Shown in pieces: positions 20,846 to 30,617 of a stretch of DNA of 64,000 nt. How positions within the stretch are numbered: position 1 is the first letter of the stretch; every line of letters begins with the position of its first letter. The stretch comes from an uncultured candidatus Porisulfidus sp. (GTDB lineage: Bacteria > Pseudomonadota > Gammaproteobacteria > Poriferisulfidales > Poriferisulfidaceae), in NCBI GenBank assembly GCA_965204575.1, contig OZ241993.1, positions 1,408,001 through 1,472,000 of the forward strand. The letters run 5' to 3'. The translations under genes and the position numbers were made by a program. The notes under the pieces were generated by a model. That model saw nothing but the letters and a program-made list of their open reading frames with translations. It made no database searches and was not told the DNA's origin.

Positions 20846-23137
20846 ATGACGCAAGTTTCAAAAATCAAGGTGCCTGAAGGGCACTCTTTGCACCATGTGT
20901 GCTGTCCGCACGACTGCCCGGATACCTGTTCCATGCTGGTCACCCGGGACGACAGCACGGGGCGCGCGGTCCGGGTCCAGGGCGACCCCACGCATCCGGT
21001 GACGCGCGGCTACCTGTGCAATAAAGTCAATCATTACCTGGACCTGGTCTACAACGACAACCGGGTCCTTTATCCGCACAAGCGGGTCGGCCCCAGGGGG
21101 CCTGGCGCCAAGTTCGAGCGCATCAGCTGGGATGAGGCGCTGGACATGGTCACCGACAACTTCAAGGAAGTGATCGCCGAGTACGGTTCCGAGGCGGTGC
21201 AGCCGTATTCCTATTCCGGCACCTTGGGCATGCTGGGCTACTGGGCGATGGACCAGCGCTTCTGGAACAAGATGGAAGCGGCCCGGCTGGAGCAGTCCAT
21301 CTGCATTTACGCCGCGATGTGGGCCGGCATTCACACCTATGGCGTGGCCAACGGGCCGGCCGTCCATGACGCCGTGCAGGACGCGGAGTTGATTGTCCTG
21401 TGGGGCGCGAATCTCGTCAGCACGGGGGTGCATGCCATTCCGTTCATTCGCGAGGCTCAGGAGCGGGGCGCCAAACTGATCGTTATCGACCCCCGGATCA
21501 CCCGCACGACCATGATGGCGGATTGGCACATCCAGCCGCGTCCCGGGACCGATGCGGCGCTGGCGCTGGGTGCGATGAAGGTCATCGTGGACAACGGCCT
21601 GCACGACGAAGCGTTCCTGCGCGAACAGACGGTCGGTTGGGAGCAGTTCATCAACGAGAAACTCCCCGAATACCCGCTCGACAAGGTGTCGGAGATCACC
21701 GGCGTGCCGGAGGCGGATATCGAGAAGTTCGGCCTGATGTACGGCAAGGCGAAGAAATCTTTCATCCGTGCCAACTACGGCCTCAACCGGCATCAGAATT
21801 CGGGGCAGACCTGCCGGGCCATCCTGGTCATGCCCTGCATCACCGGTTCCTGGCGCGAGCCGAACGGCGGCGCCGCATTCGGGACGCTGGAGGAAATGTG
21901 GCTGCAGTTCAACCTGGCCAAGCTGCAACGCCCGGACCTCGGCGATCGGCCCAATAAACGGGTGGTCAACATGGTGCAGATCGGGCGCGCCCTCGCCGAC
22001 AACATCGGCGTGGACGACAAGCCGCTGGACCCGCCGATCAAGTCGATCTTCGTGTACAACTCGGATCCGGCGAACTGTGCGCCGAATTCGGGCAACGTGC
22101 GGCGTGGCCTGATGCGCGACGACCTGTTCGTGGCGGTGCACGATACGTTCTGGACGGACACCTGCAACTATGCGGACGTGGTGCTGCCGGCAGACACGCA
22201 GCTCGAGCGGATGGACCTGCATGCCGCGTACGGGCACTGGCACTTCAACCTGAACAAGGCGGTCATCGAGCCGCTGGGTGAAAGCTGTGCCAACACCGAG
22301 CTGTTCCGCCGGATGGCGCAGAAGATGGGCTACGTGGAGGAAAGCGACGACGCGTTCACCCAGACCGACGAGGAAATGATCCGCGACATCCTGTTCGACG
22401 AGGAGGTTAACCCGCTGATGGAGGGGATCACCTACGAGCAACTGGAGAAGAACGGCTGGGCCCGCGCCAGCGACAAATCGAAGCGGCGCGACTTCCTGAA
22501 CATCGGTTGGCCGACCGCGAGCAAGAAGATCGAGATCTTCAGCCAGACGTTGGCGGATGAAGGGCAGGACCCATTGCCGACCTACAATCCGGAAGTCGAA
22601 GGGCAGGAGGATCCGAAGCGCAAGGATTATCCGATCCAGGTGCTGAGTTCGGCCGCTCACTACTTCATCGGCGACTCGTTCCAATCGGTGCCGAGGCTGC
22701 AGGCGATGATGTCCCGGCCCACGGTGGAGATGAGCGTCAACGACGCCAAGGAACGGGGCATCGAGGACGGCGATCTGGTTCGCCTGTACAACGACCGGGG
22801 CGAGACCTACTGCTATGCGGTCATCATCAACGGCTTGCTCGACGGCGTGTGTGCGACGCAGAAGCAGTTCAAGGGCAGCAACACGCCGGGTGGAGTGAAC
22901 GTGAATGTCCTGAACTCGGAGATGCTGACCGACTTCGGCCTGAGCCCGACCTTCTACTCGTGTCTGGCCGAAATCGAGAAGGCGGACGCGGAGACCACCA
23001 AGAAGGCGCGTCTCAAGGAGTTGGGAGGCGTCGAAGGTTATATCGCCGCGTGGCGCAACAAGAACCGGGAATCCGAGGCGACCGATGAACAAATTCTCGA
23101 ATATGCCAAGCAAGAGCATCCGGAGGTCTTCAACTGA
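20846..23137 (+). CDS. molybdopterin (bis-MGD) oxidoreductase catalytic subunit, cytoplasmic
   Basis: CPHDCPDTC...C Fe-S motif, RISWDEAL, IDPR.T.T, ADVVLPA; no Tat signal. Confidence 0.9.
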   Translation: MTQVSKIKVPEGHSLHHVCCPHDCPDTCSMLVTRDDSTGRAVRVQGDPTHPVTRGYLCNKVNHYLDLVYNDNRVLYPHKRVGPRGPGAKFERISWDEALDMVTDNFKEVIAEYGSEAVQPYSYSGTLGMLGYWAMDQRFWNKMEAARLEQSICIYAAMWAGIHTYGVANGPAVHDAVQDAELIVLWGANLVSTGVHAIPFIREAQERGAKLIVIDPRITRTTMMADWHIQPRPGTDAALALGAMKVIVDNGLHDEAFLREQTVGWEQFINEKLPEYPLDKVSEITGVPEADIEKFGLMYGKAKKSFIRANYGLNRHQNSGQTCRAILVMPCITGSWREPNGGAAFGTLEEMWLQFNLAKLQRPDLGDRPNKRVVNMVQIGRALADNIGVDDKPLDPPIKSIFVYNSDPANCAPNSGNVRRGLMRDDLFVAVHDTFWTDTCNYADVVLPADTQLERMDLHAAYGHWHFNLNKAVIEPLGESCANTELFRRMAQKMGYVEESDDAFTQTDEEMIRDILFDEEVNPLMEGITYEQLEKNGWARASDKSKRRDFLNIGWPTASKKIEIFSQTLADEGQDPLPTYNPEVEGQEDPKRKDYPIQVLSSAAHYFIGDSFQSVPRLQAMMSRPTVEMSVNDAKERGIEDGDLVRLYNDRGETYCYAVIINGLLDGVCATQKQFKGSNTPGGVNVNVLNSEMLTDFGLSPTFYSCLAEIEKADAETTKKARLKELGGVEGYIAAWRNKNRESEATDEQILEYAKQEHPEVFN

Positions 23138-24255
23138 TGGCACAGGAAATGTTTGAAAGCTGCCGGGACCCGCTGGCCCTGCCGCAGCCGAACCGCGAGA
23201 TCCAGACGCTGCGCGTCGGATACCAGGAAGGGCGGGTCAAGAGCATGCGGAACCTGACGCACGACACCTACGAGCTCGTGGTGCAGTGTGATCATGAAGG
23301 GCAGATCGGGGAGGCGGGCCAGTTCTGGACGATCCGTATCCCGGGCATCCGCAAACCGCGTCCGTATTCTTTCGCTCGTGCGCCGGAGTCGGAGAACCCG
23401 GGCGAGCATACGTTCTTCATCCGCTTGGTGCCGGGGGGCGAGTTGTCTGCCTGGCTGGCCGGGGGAGACCGTACCGGGGAGGAGGTGACCTTGTCTGGCC
23501 CGCTCGGCAAGTTCAAGTTGGATCCATCCAGCGAGGACATGGTCTGTATCGCGGGCGGTTCCGGCATGAGCGCGGTTTACGCCATCATCGAGCACGCCGC
23601 AAACCTCAAGGTTGCCCGCAACTGCTACTTTTTCTACGGGGCCCGCACGCAGCAGGACTTGTACCTGAAGGAAGAGATCGAGGCGTTGCAGAAGCGCTGG
23701 CATCCGGACTATGTGCTGAAGTTCCACCAGGTGCTCAACGAAGAGCCGGAAGATTCCGACTGGGCAGGCGGACGCGGCCTGGTGACGGACTATTTCAAGA
23801 AGCACTACCTGGCCAACGGGCAGGTGGACATCAACCGGATGAAAGCCTATTTCTGCGGTCCGCCGCCGATGATCGACGCGGGGATCGCGGTGCTGAAGAA
23901 GGCCGGGCTGTCGGATCGCGACATCTTCTATGACAAGTTCGAGGATGCGCGCTCCCCCGTGCCGATCATCGACAACACCAAGTGCGTGCTGTGCGACGAG
24001 TGCTTGATGGTCAAGCCGGTCGAACACTGCATCGTGGAAGCCGCGAGTCTGCGCCGTGGGAACGGCGGAACACCGGGAACCATGGAGTACGAGGAGGTCG
24101 AGCCGGCTGCTACTGCCGGGTTGTATTACAACACGCTCTACATCAACGAGAAGGAGTGCATCCGTTGCTACGCCTGCGTGGAGATTTGTCCGGCCAAGGC
24201 GATTTCTCCGGATTATGCGCCGATGCCCAAGACGTTGGCGAGCATCGTCGAGTGA
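23137..24255 (+). CDS. FAD/NAD(P)-binding oxidoreductase with C-terminal 4Fe-4S dicluster domain
   Basis: RPYS, AGGSG and CGPPPM FNR motifs; CVLCDEC and CIRCYACVEICP. Confidence 0.88.
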   Translation: MAQEMFESCRDPLALPQPNREIQTLRVGYQEGRVKSMRNLTHDTYELVVQCDHEGQIGEAGQFWTIRIPGIRKPRPYSFARAPESENPGEHTFFIRLVPGGELSAWLAGGDRTGEEVTLSGPLGKFKLDPSSEDMVCIAGGSGMSAVYAIIEHAANLKVARNCYFFYGARTQQDLYLKEEIEALQKRWHPDYVLKFHQVLNEEPEDSDWAGGRGLVTDYFKKHYLANGQVDINRMKAYFCGPPPMIDAGIAVLKKAGLSDRDIFYDKFEDARSPVPIIDNTKCVLCDECLMVKPVEHCIVEAASLRRGNGGTPGTMEYEEVEPAATAGLYYNTLYINEKECIRCYACVEICPAKAISPDYAPMPKTLASIVE

Positions 24256-24324
24256 TGTGATTCAGGCCGGGCGAATGGCCCGGCCTTGCACCGAAATCAG
24301 AATTTGCGCTTGCCGTGCGGGAAA

Positions 24325-24783
24325 TTACCCGCACCCGCCGGCGGTTACCGTCACTTCCCTCGCAGCCTGGAAAATTCCGTCAGGCGTATGCACCAGTGCG
24401 ATAACGCGCGAAGTCTCCCGCATCTTGACGCGCAGCGAGACGTAGGGTTCGGCCTGCCCCCGGATGTGGGAGACAGAGATCAATGGAACCGGGTTGGCTT
24501 CGATCAGGATGCTGATCTTCTCGGCACCGGGGAGTGGGGCGTAAACCTGGATCGGAACCTTGCCGCTGTCTTCGGCGATGTCTGGCACGTCCAGTTCAAT
24601 GTCGGGATGGTTTTGAATGCTCTGCCCGCCGGTGAGTTCGGCCAGCGCGTCTTCCAGGGTTTCCGCCGCGAATGATTTCGGGAGGCTGGAAAGAGCTGGC
24701 CGGGCGAAGGCCAGCACCGGCATGGCGGCGGCGGCCTGCAGCAACAGGCGGCGCGATTGCTGTGGAGGAATCGAGTATTTCAT
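24325..24783 (-). CDS. soxY: SoxY-like sulfur carrier
   Basis: Tat-like SRRLLL; PDIAE, NPVP and RVKMRETS motifs; C-terminal VTAGGCG. Confidence 0.85.
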   Translation of the reverse strand: MKYSIPPQQSRRLLLQAAAAMPVLAFARPALSSLPKSFAAETLEDALAELTGGQSIQNHPDIELDVPDIAEDSGKVPIQVYAPLPGAEKISILIEANPVPLISVSHIRGQAEPYVSLRVKMRETSRVIALVHTPDGIFQAAREVTVTAGGCG

Positions 24784-24803
24784 AGATTAATTGTACGGCA
24801 GGT

Positions 24804-26240
24804 TCAGTAGAGCCCATTCGCCATGATCAGGATTTCCTTGCGGCGGTGATCGATTCGGGCCTGGTTTGCCGAATTTGCCTTGGTGTGTTTTTCTGCGATT
24901 TCCAGTTGGTTGGCAGCCTGCCGGAGCTGCCCCTTGCTGAGATAGTGATCGGCCAGTGCGATATGCGAGATAACCGGTTGATGAGTGGCATTGGCGGCTT
25001 CGGCGAGTAGGCGATAGGTCCGGGGGCTCTGGATTCCCCGGCGGACGCGTTTGCGAATCAGCTTCAGGGCCTGATCGGCCTGCCCGGCGGTCAGGTACGC
25101 CTGCGCCAGATAGAACTCCACTGCGGTATGCGCGGGGTATTCCTGATAGAGGGATTCAAGCATTTCAAGAGCCTGGTCCAGTCGGCCCAAATGCCTTTGC
25201 GACTCGGCTTCCGCCAGATTTAGCAAAAGGCGGAGTTCTGGCACGTCCGTCTCAGTGCTGCGCAAGAGTTCGAGGGCACGGGCATGGTCACCATGTTTTT
25301 GCCAGGCCACTGCAATGCCGTATTGCTCAGGTGCCTGCGGCTTATGGCCGGCATCAAGCTTGTCCCGGAACAGGTCCAGTCTTTCATGCGTAGGAGTCTG
25401 CATGGAAATCATGCGCTCGCGGATGAAGCGGAATTCCATCGTGTCCCGAATGTAGCTGCCTTGGTATTGCCGTGCCCGGTCCCGGGCTTCCACGATTCGG
25501 GAGGGGGTGGCCGGATGGGTGCTCAGGTACTCGAAGTCCTTTCCATAGTGATGGTCAGAGTGCTTGAGCAGAACCTCGAAAAAGTTCGCGACCCCGTTCG
25601 GGTCGATCCCGGCTTTCGCCAGGAACCGGCTTGCGAATCGGTCCGCTTCCTGCTCGTTGGCGCGGGAGTAGTTGAGGAAGCGCTGCGTTTCTGCAGCCTG
25701 GCTCAATACGGCTGCGGGCAGCAGCGCGGAACTCTGAGTGACTCCGGCCAAGATGACTCCGGCCATGGCGAGAAGACTGAAGTTCGAGTTGCTCATGTAG
25801 TCCTGCATTCGGGCCAGGTGGCGCTGTGTGACATGCGCCATTTCGTGTGCGATGACGCCCGCCAACTCACTTTCATTCCGTGCTTTCGTAATCAGGCCGG
25901 TATAGAAGGCCAGCAGTCCGCCGGGCATGGCGAAGGCATTGACTTGTCGGTTATGCACGATCAGCAGGTCGAATTCCTGCTCGATTCCGGCCCGATCCAG
26001 GATGCGGTCCGCGAGGGACCGGATGTAGGCGTTGGACTCTGGATCTTCGCTGACCGGCAGGTGGCCATACAGTTGAGTCTTAAGGAAACGCTTGATCCGG
26101 GCCTCCTCCGCCTGGGTCATGACCCGGTCAGCCGGCTCGCCGACACTGGGCAGTTCGGAATCATCGATGACGTCGGTGTGGGCGTGTGCGGCACCGGCAC
26201 TGAGCAAGACCAAGACCAGGCCCAAGACTGTGGTGCGCAT
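24804..26240 (-). CDS. bepA: M48 metalloprotease with TPRs (BepA/YfgC-like)
   Basis: NAFAMPGG, HEMAH, EQEADR, LSTHP motifs. Confidence 0.88.
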   Translation of the reverse strand: MRTTVLGLVLVLLSAGAAHAHTDVIDDSELPSVGEPADRVMTQAEEARIKRFLKTQLYGHLPVSEDPESNAYIRSLADRILDRAGIEQEFDLLIVHNRQVNAFAMPGGLLAFYTGLITKARNESELAGVIAHEMAHVTQRHLARMQDYMSNSNFSLLAMAGVILAGVTQSSALLPAAVLSQAAETQRFLNYSRANEQEADRFASRFLAKAGIDPNGVANFFEVLLKHSDHHYGKDFEYLSTHPATPSRIVEARDRARQYQGSYIRDTMEFRFIRERMISMQTPTHERLDLFRDKLDAGHKPQAPEQYGIAVAWQKHGDHARALELLRSTETDVPELRLLLNLAEAESQRHLGRLDQALEMLESLYQEYPAHTAVEFYLAQAYLTAGQADQALKLIRKRVRRGIQSPRTYRLLAEAANATHQPVISHIALADHYLSKGQLRQAANQLEIAEKHTKANSANQARIDHRRKEILIMANGLY

Positions 26241-26478
26241 GGAACAAAGACTCAAGATTGGGAAGATGGCCATGGGGTAGGGATGTGAAGATCGGTTTTC
26301 GCGTTCGCCGAAAGTGCCCAAGCGCGGCCCTGCCGCGTCATATGGGCAAGACAAAGGACCTTGAGTCGAAGTTTCCGGTCTGACGCCCGCATGCCGCAGG
26401 CCAAGGCCGCGCATGAAACCACCATGCAATCATTGTACGCCTATAATGACGATACGATTATGATAGGAGCTTACGCAC

Positions 26479-26709
26479 ATGGCGGATTTTGACCAGGAGC
26501 TGGATGCCTCCGGGCTTAATTGCCCCCTTCCCATCCTGCGCGCGAAGAAATCTCTGGCCTCTATGGAGAGCGGGCAGGTCTTGCGCGTGGTTGCGACCGA
26601 TCCCGGCGCAGTCAAGGATTTCGAGGCATTTTCGAAACAGACCGGGAACCCATTGCTGGAATCTTCCGAAGAGGGCGGGAAGTTTTATTTCCGGCTGCAG
26701 AAAGCCTGA
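26479..26709 (+). CDS. tusA: TusA-family sulfurtransferase
   Basis: LDASGLNCPLPIL motif. Confidence 0.9.
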   Translation: MADFDQELDASGLNCPLPILRAKKSLASMESGQVLRVVATDPGAVKDFEAFSKQTGNPLLESSEEGGKFYFRLQKA

Positions 26710-26870
26710 CCTTTACCCGGCAGGGGTTGCTTCCTGCCCAGACGATTGTTTGCCAAAACACCCGAGCGGCATGATGTCGCCCGGTTCGTCATTAGCATGC
26801 TGGTTTTGTGATATTTTCAATCAACAATATTTTTGCAACAACAGGCTGGATTTCCGGCTATAATCCCTAC

Positions 26871-27053
26871 TACCGCAAGGCTTAGCTTGGGGTGTTAACC
26901 TGCTGATTATGCAGGGAAACTTTCTTGTCGGATGCTTCCGGATCAGTCGGCTTACAACGCCTTCGTACGAATGCCGAGCCGCAAGGATGTTGTTTTTCAG
27001 CAATACTTCGGCCCACAACGAATGAGCCGGCACCTTTGGTGACCGGCTTTTTT
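26871..27053 (+). ncRNA. candidate sRNA or terminated 5' leader
   Basis: TATAAT at 26859-26864; intrinsic terminator at 27025-27053; several GGA motifs. Confidence 0.35.
27025..27053 (+). terminator. intrinsic terminator
   Basis: AGCCGG-CACC-ttt-GGTG-a-CCGGCT stem followed by a T-run. Confidence 0.75.
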
Positions 27054-27086
27054 ATACCTTCTGTCTCAGGAGCGAGGGTAGAAATC

Positions 27087-28075
27087 ATGGGACCGACCAA
27101 ACACTCCAACGCAGGAATTTCGCTTTTTATCGCCATGGTCCTGTGTGGCACGGCGGTGGCGGAAATCGAAGAAATTACAGTTACGCACAGAAGCGCGAGG
27201 AGAACGTCCAGAACGTGCCAATCTCCGTCTCGACTTTCTCCGACGATTTCTTCACCAGATCCAATGTGAATACGCTCCGGGACATGGCGCGTTACGCGCC
27301 TAACCTGACTCTGCCTCAATCCAGCACGATTGCGAATCAACGAATTATCATGCGGGGCGTCGGTTCGGTTGGTAACAGCGCCATTGAGCCGACTGTGGCA
27401 GTGTTCATTGATGGTGTTTACTATCCGCGGCCTTCCTCGATTGTCGGCAGCATGACTGATCTGGAACGCGCGGAGGTGCTGTGCGGTCCACAAGGCACCC
27501 TGTTCGGGCGCAACGCTTCGATGGGTGCACTGAACATCGTGACCAAGAACCCAACGGACGAGCACGAAGGAAGAATTTCCTTCGGCTATGGCGATTACGA
27601 TGAAAAGCGTGTTTCCGGTTATATCAACAGCGCCATTTCGGAAATGGCGGCCGCCCGTCTCTCGTTCCAAGTGTCAAAGCGCGACGGCTATGGCGAGAAC
27701 ACCTACACCGAGGATGGCAGCCGAAGCTCGGTGGGCGACTGGGAGGACATGACCGTCCGCGGCAAGCTGCTCCTGACCCCGAGTGCCACCACCGATGTCC
27801 TGCTGACGGCGGACTACTCCCGGGTAAGGAACGAGGGCGCGGTCACTGAGCTCATCGGCGACACGGTGCCGGGTCAAACCCTCTACGGGCTCGCCCACCT
27901 TTTGCCCACCGGCGAGTTGCCGGAGGCTGGGGACGTCTACGACCACAGGCTCAATCAAATGCACCGGGATGATGCCGACGATGAACAATGGGGCTTGAGC
28001 GGGGACGTCACCTGGACAGCGAACAGGATGGCAGCCATGAACAGGTTGGCGGCAACGCCGCTGCCGGCCATGTAG
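27087..28075 (+). pseudogene. TonB-dependent receptor pseudogene (frameshifted and truncated)
   Basis: signal peptide + EEITVT in one frame, AQKREEN...GPQGTLFGRN in another (1-nt loss near 27185); barrel ends near 28020. Confidence 0.88.
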
Positions 28076-28122
28076 GCGACCGGCCCGCTTGGTTCCGCCG
28101 AATGACCGTTGTCCGGACTCAT
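28018..28122 (-). pseudogene. 5' remnant of an RND efflux permease gene
   Basis: MSPDNGHSAEPSGPVAYMAGSGVAANLFMAAILF resembles the IAWMA.NPVAANLLM N-terminus of AcrB-like permeases. Confidence 0.55.
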
Positions 28123-28344
28123 TTTCTTGGGAATGCGCCCTGAGGTTCGGGTGCCAGGATCATGACGCGCTGATTGCTCCTGGTCGAAGCTAGAACCTGC
28201 ATGGTGTTCGGATTCTGGCATTGTGGGCACAAATCGGGGCCAAAATCCGCATTTCTTCGCATTTCAATTTGAAAAATAACGGCTTTTGACGCACAATAGC
28301 GCGCGAGAGCATGGCATGCCCTCTGTGAGGCTTTTAACCTACGC

Positions 28345-30072
28345 ATGGACAATCTGAAGCAAAGCTCGAATCCCGAGACTGAAGAGCTGACCGGCGCGGA
28401 AATCTTCACCCGTTGCCTGGTCGAAGAGGGGGCCACCACCGTGTTCGGCTACCCCGGCGGTGCCGTGCTGCATATCTACGACGAATTGCACAAGCAGCAG
28501 GAAGTAGACCACATCCTGGTGCGCCATGAGCAGGGCGCGGCACATGCAGCCGAGGGTTTTGCCAAATCGACCGGAAAAGTCGGGGTGGTGCTGGTGACCT
28601 CCGGTCCGGGCGCGACCAATGCCGTGACCGGCATCGCCGACGCCTACATGGATTCGGTGCCGCTGGTGGTGTTTACCGGCCAGGTGCGCACCGCGCTGAT
28701 CGGCAATGACGCGTTTCAGGAAGTGGATACGGTCGGCATCACGCGGCCCTGCGTAAAACACAACATCCTGGTGAAGAAGGTGGAAGACCTTCCGCTTGCG
28801 ATCAAACGGGCATTCCATATCGCCGGAACCGGGCGGCCGGGGCCGGTCGTGGTGGACATTCCGAAGGACGTGACGGAGCAGAGCATGGTTTTTTCCTACC
28901 CGCAGGATCCGAACATGCGCTCCTACCAGCCGACCATGGAAGGGCATGCCGGGCAGATCAAGCGGGCGGTCAAGTTGATCGCAAAGGCCGAGCGCCCGAT
29001 CATCTACAGTGGTGGCGGGGTGATTGCCAGCAATGCCCATGAGGAGTTGACCGAATTCACGCGGCTGACCGGGTTCCCCATTACCAACACGCTGATGGGC
29101 CTCGGCGCCTATCCGGGCACCGACCCGCAGTTTATCCAGATGCTGGGCATGCACGGCTCCTACGAAGCGAACATGGCGATGCACCACAGCGATGTCCTGA
29201 TCGCCGTTGGGGCTCGTTTCGACGACCGCATCACCGGGCGGCTGGACGGTTTTTGCCCTTACGCCAAGGTGATTCACATCGATGTCGACCCGTCGTCCAT
29301 CTCGAAGAATTTCCGGGCGCACGTGCCGGTGGTGGGGGATGCCCGAAAGGTACTGCGCGCGCTGACCGACGAATTGCGCGACGGCAAGTACACGGTGCCT
29401 GACGTCTCTGCGTGGTGGGGGCAGATCGGCGAGTGGGCGAAAAAGGACTCCTTTGCGTACCAGCAGGACATGGACGGCGAGATCAAGCCGCAGTACGTGC
29501 TGGATCAACTGTACAAACAGACGGGCGGGGATGCTTTCGTGACCTCCGACGTGGGGCAGCACCAGATGTGGGTGGCGCAACTGTACAAGTTCACCCAGCC
29601 GCGGCGTTGGATCAATTCCGGTGGGCTCGGCACCATGGGGTTCGGGCTGCCGGCGGCAATGGGCGTGCAACTGGCCCATCCCGATGCACAGGTATGCTGC
29701 GTGACCGGGGAGGCGAGCATCCAGATGTGCATCCAGGAGCTGTCGACCTGCCGGCAATACGGGCTGCCGATCAAGATCATCAACCTGAACAACCGGTATA
29801 TGGGGATGGTTCGCCAGTGGCAAGACTTCTTCTATGATTCCCGTTACGCCATGTCGTACATGGATGCCTTGCCGGATTTCGTGAAACTGGCGGAGAGTTA
29901 CGGGCACGTCGGCATGAAGATCGAGAAGCCGAAGGACGTGGAGCCGGCTCTGCGCGAGATCCTGAGCCTCAAGGATCGGCTGGTTTTCGCGGATTTCATT
30001 ACCGACCCGCGCGAAAACGTGTTTCCGATGATTGCCCCGGGCGCGGCGCATAACGAAATGATCCTGTCCTGA
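28345..30072 (+). CDS. ilvI: acetolactate synthase large subunit
   Basis: FGYPGG, RHEQG, SGPGATN, DVGQHQMW motifs. Confidence 0.95.
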   Translation: MDNLKQSSNPETEELTGAEIFTRCLVEEGATTVFGYPGGAVLHIYDELHKQQEVDHILVRHEQGAAHAAEGFAKSTGKVGVVLVTSGPGATNAVTGIADAYMDSVPLVVFTGQVRTALIGNDAFQEVDTVGITRPCVKHNILVKKVEDLPLAIKRAFHIAGTGRPGPVVVDIPKDVTEQSMVFSYPQDPNMRSYQPTMEGHAGQIKRAVKLIAKAERPIIYSGGGVIASNAHEELTEFTRLTGFPITNTLMGLGAYPGTDPQFIQMLGMHGSYEANMAMHHSDVLIAVGARFDDRITGRLDGFCPYAKVIHIDVDPSSISKNFRAHVPVVGDARKVLRALTDELRDGKYTVPDVSAWWGQIGEWAKKDSFAYQQDMDGEIKPQYVLDQLYKQTGGDAFVTSDVGQHQMWVAQLYKFTQPRRWINSGGLGTMGFGLPAAMGVQLAHPDAQVCCVTGEASIQMCIQELSTCRQYGLPIKIINLNNRYMGMVRQWQDFFYDSRYAMSYMDALPDFVKLAESYGHVGMKIEKPKDVEPALREILSLKDRLVFADFITDPRENVFPMIAPGAAHNEMILS

Positions 30073-30073
30073 C

Positions 30074-30577
30074 ATGCGGCGGATCCTGGCCGTTCTTCTG
30101 GAAAACGAAGCGGGCTCGCTGTCGCGGGTCGCGAACCTGTTCTCGGCACGCGGCATCAACATCGAATCGCTGGCCGTGACGCCGACACCGGACGAAACCC
30201 TGTCCCGCATGACGCTTGTGACTTTCGGCGACGACCGGGTGCTGGAGCAGATCACCAAGCAGTTGCACAAGCTGGTCGATGTGGTGACGGTGGTGGATAT
30301 GACCGGACAGAACCATGTCGAGCGCGAGATGGCGTTGATCAAGTTGCGATTGCGCGACGAGGGCTGCGTGGATGACCTGCAACGCGTCAACAAGGTCTAC
30401 CGCGGGCGCATTGCCGACGTGAGCGCCCTGTGCTACACCAGCGAAGTGGTCGGCACCAGCGAGGAGATCGACGCCTATCTGGCTGCGATGTCGGAACACG
30501 AAGTGGTGGAAGTGGTCCGCTCCGGGCCGCTTGGCATTGCGCGTGGCGAACAAGTGCTCTCCATTCGGCAGAACTAA
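30074..30577 (+). CDS. ilvH: acetolactate synthase small subunit
   Basis: ACT domain [18 protein letters not shown]. Confidence 0.93.
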   Translation: MRRILAVLLENEAGSLSRVANLFSARGINIESLAVTPTPDETLSRMTLVTFGDDRVLEQITKQLHKLVDVVTVVDMTGQNHVEREMALIKLRLRDEGCVDDLQRVNKVYRGRIADVSALCYTSEVVGTSEEIDAYLAAMSEHEVVEVVRSGPLGIARGEQVLSIRQN

Positions 30578-30617
30578 TTACAACCGCCGGGGTATCGCGC
30601 CGGCAAGGAAGCTGACT

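Noticed and set aside
20858-23143. Long antisense ORFs (also 28339-30393, 42085-44076, 7526-8950)
   Set aside because: They are shadow frames of high-GC coding genes with no recognisable motifs.
26479-26709. tusA as part of a dedicated sulfur operon with soxY and YeeE
   Set aside because: tusA divergent from a bepA-like gene is a common gammaproteobacterial arrangement, so proximity is weak evidence.
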